NCBI GenBank assembly: GCA_934277645.1
Contig: CAKQUX010000003.1
Coordinates: 71,934 to 135,933 of the forward strand
Length of the DNA stretch: 64,000 nt
From: an uncultured Clostridia bacterium
GTDB taxonomy: Bacteria; Bacillota; Clostridia; Christensenellales; CAG-917
Reading direction: 5' to 3'
The notes beneath the pieces are model-generated. The model saw nothing but the letters and a program-made list of their open reading frames with translations. It was not told the DNA's origin and did no database searches. This document shows, piece after piece, positions 57,201 to 64,000 of this stretch. How positions within the stretch are numbered: position 1 is the first letter of the stretch; every line of letters begins with the position of its first letter. The translations under genes and the position numbers were made by a program.

Positions 57201-58295
57201 ATGGGAGATTTAAAGAAAATGCCGTATATTCTCATTGTTACGTCAAAGGACGAAAAGGGAATAGTTTCAAACGAAATAAAATCTTATTTTGATAATACCA
57301 AAACGCATTACGTTGTCGTTATGGACGAAAACAATTACGGCAAAAAAGTGAAATGGCTCGGTGGTTTGAACAAAATTGTCAACAAATTGCCGTCGCTTGG
57401 CGAATTGCATAAAAAGTGCAATTTCGACAAGAAAAAGAAAGCAAAGGGATATAGCCGTCGAATTTCTAACGCTATAAAGAGATTTAATCCTATCGCGGTC
57501 GTTTGTCCGTCAACGTACGGATTGCTTCTTACCGTAGCTTCTGCAATAGATAATGAATTCGATACCCCTATAATTTCCATTTGCGGCGACTTTACGCTCG
57601 ATAAATACATAGTCACATCAAAAGTCGATAAATATATAGTCGAAAACGAACAATTAAAGGCAGAACTTTTGACAAAAGGCGTTCCGAACGGCGACGTATA
57701 TCCGCTGGGTATTCCGCTTAAAATCGAACGCTTAGACGCCGAAAGCAAAACTGCGCTCAAAGATAAATTGGGACTTAAAGACGTTCCGACGGTTTTCGTT
57801 TGCGTGAACGAAGGGAAAGAAAATCTCGAAGCGCTCGATATGCTTTTCGACCAAGGCGATATCATCAATATCATAGCTTACGTAGACAACAAAAAACTGC
57901 AAAATAAAATCAGGAAAAGAATAGAAGCGAAGTCGTGCGACAACGTGCAGGTGTTTGACAAACTCGCTCTTTACAATGACTATTTAAGCGTCAGCGACAT
58001 TCTTATAACAAACTATGACGCTATGACGGTTGGTAAAGCGTTTATGGCAAGCAAAGCGGTTATCGCATTTGCGCCGAAAGACGGCGTGCAAAAGAGTGAC
58101 GTCGAATATCTTAGCGAAAATAAACTTATAGCGTATGCGAAAACGACGCAAGACGTAATCGTAAAACTTTACGACCTTTTGCAAACCGATTTAAACGTTG
58201 AACTTGTGACGAATATCAGAAATAGAATTAGAGAAGGACAATTAGAAGACGTTTGCAAATTTATTGCAAGCGGCGGAGCGAAAAACGATGGCTAA
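57201..58295 (+). CDS. UgtP/MGDG-synthase-like (GT28) protein with degenerate nucleotide-sugar-binding motifs
   Basis: CGDFTLDKYIVTSKVDKYIVENEQLKAELLTKGVPNGDVYPLGIPL aligns by eye with the B. subtilis UgtP segment [33 protein letters not shown]...ITGIPI. The ATG follows the rnj stop directly, with a GGAGGA SD. Confidence 0.55.
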   Translation: MGDLKKMPYILIVTSKDEKGIVSNEIKSYFDNTKTHYVVVMDENNYGKKVKWLGGLNKIVNKLPSLGELHKKCNFDKKKKAKGYSRRISNAIKRFNPIAVVCPSTYGLLLTVASAIDNEFDTPIISICGDFTLDKYIVTSKVDKYIVENEQLKAELLTKGVPNGDVYPLGIPLKIERLDAESKTALKDKLGLKDVPTVFVCVNEGKENLEALDMLFDQGDIINIIAYVDNKKLQNKIRKRIEAKSCDNVQVFDKLALYNDYLSVSDILITNYDAMTVGKAFMASKAVIAFAPKDGVQKSDVEYLSENKLIAYAKTTQDVIVKLYDLLQTDLNVELVTNIRNRIREGQLEDVCKFIASGGAKNDG

Positions 58296-59547
58296 AATTG
58301 TAACCCTTTCAAAAGAGGGCAAAAGGCAAGGACTTAAAATCGGCGATGAACTCGTTTCGTTTGACGGTTATCCTTTTTGCGATATTCTTGACTGCCTTTT
58401 TTACGATTCAAAAGAAAAGTTTTCGATTGTCGTCAATAGAAACGGCAAAGAGAAAATCGTCAAAGTGAAAAAGAAAGCAGACGTTCCGCTCGGCATAGAG
58501 ATAGACGAAGAACTTGCGCCCATAAGGTGCAAAAACAAGTGCAAATTTTGCTTTGTCGACCAGCTTCCGAAAGGTATGCGTGATGCGCTGTACGTCAAAG
58601 ACGACGATTATCGGTTTTCGTTCATAAGCGGCAGTTACGTTACTATGACTAACGTAACGGACGAAGACATAGAACGTATTTTAAGGCTCAAACTCAGTCC
58701 TTTATACATTTCCGTTCACGCGATGAACGACGAGATAAGAAAGGATTTGGTCAGAAACCCGAACACTTTAAAACTGAGACAGATTTTAAAAACTTTGTCC
58801 GACGGCGGAATTAAAATGCACACTCAGCTTGTCGTTGTGCCCGACGTGAACGACGGCGACGTTATGCTGGATTCTATCGACCGCTTGCACGAAATCGAAG
58901 GCGTATTGTCGGTTGCAATCGTTCCCGTGGGACTTACAACTCACCGAAGCGGTCTTGACAACTTAAAACCTTTCGATAAGGAAGAAGCGGCTAAAACCAT
59001 AGACCTTGTCGAAGAAAGGTACAATCGTTACGGCGGTTTTTGCTTTGCGGCGGACGAAATGTATATAAAGGCGGAAAGAGAAATTCCGAGTTATGAGTTT
59101 TATCAGGATTTTCCGCAAATCGAAAACGGCGTCGGTCTTGTCAGAGAGTTTTTGGAGAGTGTGGAATACAGTCTTGACGAAACGCCCGATATGAATGTCG
59201 GCAAAAGAGTTTGTATGTTGACGGGCGTATCCTTTGAACCTGTATTAAAAAACGTCGCAAAAATCGTTGCCGATAAATTGGGGCTTGAAATTACCGTAAA
59301 GGCTATCGAAAACAACTTCTTCGGAAAGACCGTTACGGTTTCGGGACTCGTAACGGCAGGAGATATTTTGGCGCAAGCGCCAAAAGGCTATGACGCATAC
59401 ACCGTTCCGTCAAATATGTTAAAAGAGTTTTCGACTTTGTTTTTAGACAACGTGTCGCTTGACGAAGTAGAAAAAGCGCTCGGAAAAGTGATTGTCGTAA
59501 ATGAAACGGGCGGAGACCTTATCAAGAAATTATCGGAGTTAAAATGA
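58288..59547 (+). CDS. DUF512-domain putative radical-SAM-like protein with an N-terminal PDZ-like domain
   Basis: CKNKCKFCFVDQ cysteine motif. Position immediately upstream of der, as in many Firmicutes. Confidence 0.65.
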   Translation: MAKIVTLSKEGKRQGLKIGDELVSFDGYPFCDILDCLFYDSKEKFSIVVNRNGKEKIVKVKKKADVPLGIEIDEELAPIRCKNKCKFCFVDQLPKGMRDALYVKDDDYRFSFISGSYVTMTNVTDEDIERILRLKLSPLYISVHAMNDEIRKDLVRNPNTLKLRQILKTLSDGGIKMHTQLVVVPDVNDGDVMLDSIDRLHEIEGVLSVAIVPVGLTTHRSGLDNLKPFDKEEAAKTIDLVEERYNRYGGFCFAADEMYIKAEREIPSYEFYQDFPQIENGVGLVREFLESVEYSLDETPDMNVGKRVCMLTGVSFEPVLKNVAKIVADKLGLEITVKAIENNFFGKTVTVSGLVTAGDILAQAPKGYDAYTVPSNMLKEFSTLFLDNVSLDEVEKALGKVIVVNETGGDLIKKLSELK

Positions 59548-60851
59548 AACCATTAGTTGCAATTGTCGGCAGACCGAACGTCGGCAAATCTACGTTATTC
59601 AATAAAATCGCAGGCAAGCGTATTTCTATTGTCGAAAACACCCCGGGGGTTACTCGTGACAGAGTTTACGTCGATGCAGAGTGGTGCGGCAAGGTTTTTA
59701 CGCTTATAGATACGGGCGGTTTGGAGCTTAAATCGCAAGACGAAATGTGGCGTCACATTAAAACGCAAGCGGAACTTGCAATAGACACGGCGCAAGCAAT
59801 CGTCTTTGTGGTTGACGGCAAAACGGGCGTTACGGTTGACGACGAACAAGTCGCAAATTATTTAAGACGCGCAAAAGTTCCCGTCGTGCTTTGCGTAAAC
59901 AAACTCGACAACAATCAAAAGGATACTCTTTACGATTTTTATTCATTGGGATTCGGCGACCCGTATCCTGTTTCTGCCGAACAAGGCAAGGGAATAGGCG
60001 ACCTTCTCGACGCCGTTTTAGACAGTGTTGTCGGCGGTGAAATCGAAGAAGACAGCAGCCTTAAAATAGCAATCGTCGGAAAACCGAACGCCGGAAAATC
60101 GTCTATCACGAACAAGTTGCTCGGATATGAACGAGTTATAGTTTCGGACGTTGCAGGTACGACTCGCGACGCTATAGATACAAAACTTAAAGTCGGTGAC
60201 GACGAATATACGATTATTGATACGGCAGGTATGCGCAAAAAGGGAAATATCGGCGAAGACCTTGAAAAGTATTCGGTTATGCGTTCGCTTATGGCGGTAA
60301 GGCGCAGCGACGTTGCGGTGATAGTTTGCGACGCCACGGAAGGAATGACCGAACAGGACGTTAAAATTGCAGGCTTTGTTCACGATGAAGGAAAACCTTC
60401 CGTCATAGTCATGAACAAGTGGGACTTGATTGAAAAAGACACTAACACCGTAAACAGGTTTAAAGATAAGCTCACAAACGATTTGAAATTTATGGATTAC
60501 GTCAAACCGCTCTTCTTGTCCGCAAAAACGGGAAAGCGAATCGACACTCTTTTGCCTTACGTCAAAAAGGTGTACGAAAACGCGTCAAGGAGGATCTCGA
60601 CGGGGCTTCTCAATGAGGTTCTAATCGACGCCACAAGAATAAACGAACCGCCTGCCAAAAACGGCAAACGCCTTAAAATTTTCTATATAACCGAAATCGG
60701 AGCTAATCCGCCTACGTTTGTTTTGAAAGTCAACGACCCCGAACTTATGCATTTTTCGTACAAGCGTTATCTTGAAAACGCTCTCCGCTCGTCGTTTGAT
60801 TTCGAGGGCACTCCGATTAAAATTATCACAAGAAAAAATCAGGAAGAATAA
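59544..60851 (+). CDS. der: ribosome-biogenesis GTPase Der (EngA)
   Basis: Two G domains (GRPNVGKSTLFN; GKPNAGKSS) plus a KH-like C-terminus. Confidence 0.95.
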   Translation: MKPLVAIVGRPNVGKSTLFNKIAGKRISIVENTPGVTRDRVYVDAEWCGKVFTLIDTGGLELKSQDEMWRHIKTQAELAIDTAQAIVFVVDGKTGVTVDDEQVANYLRRAKVPVVLCVNKLDNNQKDTLYDFYSLGFGDPYPVSAEQGKGIGDLLDAVLDSVVGGEIEEDSSLKIAIVGKPNAGKSSITNKLLGYERVIVSDVAGTTRDAIDTKLKVGDDEYTIIDTAGMRKKGNIGEDLEKYSVMRSLMAVRRSDVAVIVCDATEGMTEQDVKIAGFVHDEGKPSVIVMNKWDLIEKDTNTVNRFKDKLTNDLKFMDYVKPLFLSAKTGKRIDTLLPYVKKVYENASRRISTGLLNEVLIDATRINEPPAKNGKRLKIFYITEIGANPPTFVLKVNDPELMHFSYKRYLENALRSSFDFEGTPIKIITRKNQEE

Positions 60852-60920
60852 GATAAATTATAAGACAACGCTTGTCAACGTTTTGATAATGTGATATTGT
60901 TTTTTATTGAGGAAACTTAA

Positions 60921-62201
60921 ATGGATTATAAAGAGTTAACAAAAGAAGTGCTTGAAAAGACTCTCGCCGATGAGTTGAAACTTATGAAAAAGTATCAAAA
61001 AGAAGGCAAAGTCGTCGATATGACTCGAGGTCGTCCTTGTCGTGAACAGCTTGATCTATCCGTTCCGATGTTTGAAGTCGTGAAGGGAGCGGATTTTATG
61101 TCGCAAGGCATTGACGTTCGCAATTACGGCGGACCGCTCGGCACAAAAGAAAGTCGCGAATTGTTCGCAGACATTCTCGGCGTTAAAGCCGACGAAGTAA
61201 TAACCGCCGACAGTTCGAGTTTGTCGATTATGTACGACGTGGTACAATTTGCTAAACAATTCGGAATTTTAGGCAGTATTCCGTGGAATAAGCTTCCTAA
61301 GACAAAGTTTATCTGTCCGGCCCCGGGTTATGACCGTCACTTTGCTATTTGCGAAGCGTTAGGCATCGAAATGATAACCGTTCCTATGCTCGCGACAGGT
61401 CCTGATATGGATTTGATTGAGCCTATGGTTAAAGCGGATGCGTCTATAAAAGGTATTTGGTGCGTTCCGAAATACAGCAATCCTACGGGCATTACGTACA
61501 GCGACGAGGTCGTCGAACGCCTTGCCACTATGCCGGTTGCCGCAGAAGATTTCAGAATATTCTGGGATAATGCTTACTGCGTACATAGTCTTTATGACAC
61601 CGACGAAAAGCTTAAAAACATATTCGACGTTGCTAAAAAAGCAGGCACCGAAAACAGAATTTATGAGTTTGCTTCTACGTCGAAAGTTACGTTCGCAAGC
61701 GCAGGCATAAGCTGTATCGCAACAAGCGAAGCAAACGTAAACGAGCTTAAAGCTCACATGTTCTACAAGACTATCGGACCTAACAAAGTCAATCAATATA
61801 TGCATGCTCTTTTCCTTAAAGATAAGGACGGCGTTTTGAAACTCATGGCAAAGCATGCCGACATTTTGCGTCCGAAATTCCAAGCCGTAGACAAGGCGTT
61901 GTCCGATGCTTTCGACGGCGACAGATGGGTTAAATGGTCGAAGCCGAACGGCGGTTATTTCATCTCGGTTGACGTGAAGAATTGCGCTAAGCGAATTGTC
62001 GAACTTTCAAAAGAAGCAGGCGTATCTTTTACAAAGGCGGGCGCGACTTTCCCGTACGGAATGGACGATTACAATATGAACATCAGAATTGCGCCGTCGG
62101 TTCCGAATCTCGATGAGCTCAATTTTGCGATGAAAGTATTCGTCAGCGCAATAAAAATAGCAAGAATGGAATTAGTTTTGCAAAAATGCTTTAAAGGCTA
62201 A
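60921..62201 (+). CDS. class I/II PLP-dependent aminotransferase
   Basis: Fold-type I pattern with NPTG and a STSKVTF (PLP-lysine) region. Confidence 0.7.
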   Translation: MDYKELTKEVLEKTLADELKLMKKYQKEGKVVDMTRGRPCREQLDLSVPMFEVVKGADFMSQGIDVRNYGGPLGTKESRELFADILGVKADEVITADSSSLSIMYDVVQFAKQFGILGSIPWNKLPKTKFICPAPGYDRHFAICEALGIEMITVPMLATGPDMDLIEPMVKADASIKGIWCVPKYSNPTGITYSDEVVERLATMPVAAEDFRIFWDNAYCVHSLYDTDEKLKNIFDVAKKAGTENRIYEFASTSKVTFASAGISCIATSEANVNELKAHMFYKTIGPNKVNQYMHALFLKDKDGVLKLMAKHADILRPKFQAVDKALSDAFDGDRWVKWSKPNGGYFISVDVKNCAKRIVELSKEAGVSFTKAGATFPYGMDDYNMNIRIAPSVPNLDELNFAMKVFVSAIKIARMELVLQKCFKG

Positions 62202-62210
62202 GTCAAACGG

Positions 62211-62239
62211 TTGACAATTTTTTCAGACTAATATACAAT
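62211..62239 (+). promoter_or_regulatory. SigA-type promoter for tRNA-Thr
   Basis: TTGACA, 17 nt spacer, TACAAT, about 25 nt upstream of the mature tRNA 5' end. Confidence 0.6.
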
Positions 62240-62263
62240 AATGTAGCTTTGATTAAAGCTATT

Positions 62264-62339
62264 GCTGCTATGGCTCAGTCGGTAGAGCACGTCCTTGGTA
62301 AGGACGAGGTCACGAGTTCAAGTCTCGTTAGCAGCTCCA
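62264..62339 (+). tRNA. tRNA-Thr (anticodon GGU), CCA encoded
   Basis: Hand-folded cloverleaf: acceptor GCTGCTA/TAGCAGC, D stem GCTC/GAGC, anticodon stem CGTCC/GGACG with loop TTGGTAA, T stem ACGAG/CTCGT with loop TTCAAGT. Length 76 nt. Confidence 0.9.
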
Positions 62340-62363
62340 AAGTCGAAACACGACAAACTTTGC

Positions 62364-62390
62364 AAAAACCTGCCGAGCAGCAGGTTTTTT
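62364..62390 (+). terminator. intrinsic terminator after tRNA-Thr
   Basis: ACCTGC-cgagca-GCAGGT followed by TTTTT. Confidence 0.75.
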
Positions 62391-62556
62391 GCTATAAAGT
62401 CGGTTTCGACTTTTCACACGCAAAACTAGATTTTGCGTGTAGGGCAAGGTGGGAAGAAAAAAGATTTAATAAGATAAGTGTTTTATCTTTAAAAGAGATG
62501 ATACAATTAACAAAAGTAAAGATAACGACAAACTTTTGCTGTCAATTGCTGTCAAA

Positions 62557-62787
62557 TTATTTTTTAGGATATCTATCTTTCGGCACGCTTTCATGAACTT
62601 TTAAATCTTCCTCTGCAACCATAATGTCTGCGATATCCTTCCCCGTATAAAATTCAGAGAAAACTACTTGCCATTTTCCATTGATTGGTTCTTCACTCAT
62701 TATAGCACCAAAATTTCCAACCTTCACCCCATTTTTTGTGTAAGCTGGTTTTTCTTTTATCAACTCAACTAAATCTAAATATTTCAT
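62557..62787 (-). CDS. DUF4926-like small protein
   Basis: MKYLDLVELIKEKPAYTKNGVKVGNFGAIMSEE...WQVVFSEF resembles DUF4926. The ORF is open in frame up to 62898, but that extension is lysine-rich and lies in the same frame as the integrase remnant. Confidence 0.5.
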   Translation of the reverse strand: MKYLDLVELIKEKPAYTKNGVKVGNFGAIMSEEPINGKWQVVFSEFYTGKDIADIMVAEEDLKVHESVPKDRYPKK

Positions 62788-62946
62788 ACTATTTTTACAT
62801 CTCAAAATCTTTTTCTTTTCTTCTGCGTTTGCGTTCTTGCAATTTTTCAAGTTCACGAATTCGGCATTATATTTCTTCATCAGATAAGTCATCATCAATT
62901 TCTTGTTCAGTTTCTCGCTTTTGTTCGTGCTCTTGAATTTTCGTGT

Positions 62947-63192
62947 TTATCTATCGGTGGCTTCTCTTACATATTCGCTATTAACCGAGTTGTAGACAGT
63001 GATTGTTTTTACGTCACGATGACCTAAAAGTTGTTGCATAACTTTTGGATTTTCGTTCATTTCAAAAAGCATATTTGAGAATGTATGGCGAAGTCCGTGA
63101 AAATGAATGTGATATTTATTTAGTCCATTTCTTCGTTTAAATCGGTCAAAGATTACTCTTGTGCCATAATAAGTTCTATAACTTCCATTCCA
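62947..63192 (-). pseudogene. tyrosine recombinase/integrase, C-terminal remnant of 81 codons with no start
   Basis: The minus-strand translation is ...YYGTRVIFDRFKRRNGLNKYHIHFHGLRHTFSNMLFEMNENPKVMQQLLGHRDVKTITVYNSVNSEYVREATDR*. It contains the HxLRHT, LLGH and catalytic-Tyr boxes. The frame is closed by TAA immediately upstream, and the N-terminal about 250 aa are missing. Confidence 0.75.
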
Positions 63193-63365
63193 TTATCATT
63201 ATATATGTTTGGCGCAAAAAAACAAGCACTTGCGTGCCTGTTTTTATTGGTGCAGACCGCAAACGAAGAATTGCCCCCTCAAGGGCAATTCGAGAGCAGA
63301 GGAAAAAGCAACAGCCGTTTGGCTTTGCCAAACGATTTTGCAAGGCAAAATAAAACACAATGCTT

Positions 63366-64000
63366 TTAAGCATTGTGTTTTGCTGGTGCCGTGTGGCATA
63401 ATTTGTACGAACCTGTTTTAGAAGAAATAGCGGTTTTATCCGCCGTTTCTATTTCGTTTTCTGTTTTTGTGACGTGTTCTTTTGTTGGTTTTAGGTGTTC
63501 GGGGCTGTCTGTAAAGTTGTAGGTTATCACTATCTCATCATCATAAAGTATTACTTCCCGAACGAAGGCATTTACTATTAGTTTTCGCACTTTTATATCG
63601 TCTGTGTTCTCGAACACGAATTTACTTAAATACATCTCTATATCGTCCGCAGTTAAGTATGTATAACTGCGGGCTTTTTCTTTAAGGATTTCCACGTCGC
63701 ATTGCGATATTAGATTTTCAAGTTCGGTCAGACGGCTTTTCGTCGTTTCGGTGATTATACCTTGCTCGATTGCCTTAACGATATTATTCTGTGCTTTTAC
63801 CGCCTCGGTGCGTTTCTTTTCAATCAGTTTCAAAGCCGTGTTGTCTGCGGTTTCTTTTTTATGCACGTTGTATATGCTTTGCGCAATCTTCTTGATATTG
63901 TTCACGCTCGATAACATTTGAGTCGTTGCGGTTATCACCGTATCTTCGATAAACTGTTTTTGCACTCTGCTCATATTGCATTTAGCACGCTTGCGACGTT
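63366..64000 (-). CDS. large serine recombinase, C-terminal part (5' end beyond the window)
   Basis: Coiled-coil segment NIVKAIEQGIITETTKSRLTELENLISQ and terminal VREVILYDDEIVITYNF, both typical of large serine recombinases. The frame stays open upstream of the ORF-track Met to the window edge. Confidence 0.7.
   Translation of the reverse strand, partial: RRKRAKCNMSRVQKQFIEDTVITATTQMLSSVNNIKKIAQSIYNVHKKETADNTALKLIEKKRTEAVKAQNNIVKAIEQGIITETTKSRLTELENLISQCDVEILKEKARSYTYLTADDIEMYLSKFVFENTDDIKVRKLIVNAFVREVILYDDEIVITYNFTDSPEHLKPTKEHVTKTENEIETADKTAISSKTGSYKLCHTAPAKHNA

Larger units (their letters stand above)
62340..64000. mobile_element. left end of integrated mobile DNA adjacent to tRNA-Thr (continues beyond the window)
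   Basis: A tRNA gene is followed by a DUF4926 gene, a truncated tyrosine integrase and the 3' end of a serine recombinase. All are on the minus strand. Confidence 0.6.

Noticed and set aside
62788-62898. Lysine-rich N-terminal extension of the DUF4926 ORF (MMMTYLMKKYNAEFVNLKNCKNANAEEKKKILRCKNS).
   Set aside because: The DUF4926-like domain starts at the internal Met (62787). The extension is in the same frame as the integrase remnant read-through region and looks like translated spacer. It is kept only as an alternative start.

Overview
This is a 64-kb chromosomal segment from a moderately low-GC, endospore-forming Firmicute that looks like a member of the Clostridia. Supporting context is the spoVT-yabM-yabN gene order, spmA/spmB, a split transketolase and a DnaD/DnaI-type helicase-loader pair. 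About 50 CDS are well supported and nearly all are core housekeeping genes. They include lysC, a thiamine salvage cluster (tcdA-thiN plus a TPP-riboswitch-controlled ThiT), folC-folE-folP-folBK, tkt, queT behind a preQ1-I riboswitch, and metG-tatD-rsmA. They also include clpB, mgtC, serA-serC, rnj, a DUF512 gene with der, and one tRNA-Thr(GGU). The only clearly accessory DNA starts just after tRNA-Thr, at about 62.3 kb, and runs off the right edge. It holds a DUF4926 gene, a 5'-truncated tyrosine integrase remnant and the 3' end of a large serine recombinase, so most of that element lies outside the window. I did not find a complete, recognisable novel multi-gene system inside the window. The observations most worth following up are these:

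- Long stop-codon-to-terminator spacers and other intergenic regions are built from stuttering imperfect word duplications, including an 8-copy GCATATAnCGG array between tatD and rsmA.
- Five unrelated membrane transporters carry similar acidic low-complexity C-terminal tails.
- A GGDEF and an EAL reading frame are split at an A5 tract.
- An orphan gene, possibly leaderless, has a weak nuclease-like motif.
- An RHH-domain protein and a tandem repeat lie upstream of a clpB that has no CIRCE or CtsR operator.
- Two uncharacterised membrane proteins and about 300 nt of unexplained DNA lie divergent from the folate operon.
- A degenerate UgtP-like glycosyltransferase is wedged between rnj and the DUF512/der genes.

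All functional calls come from reading motifs by eye. No database search was run.
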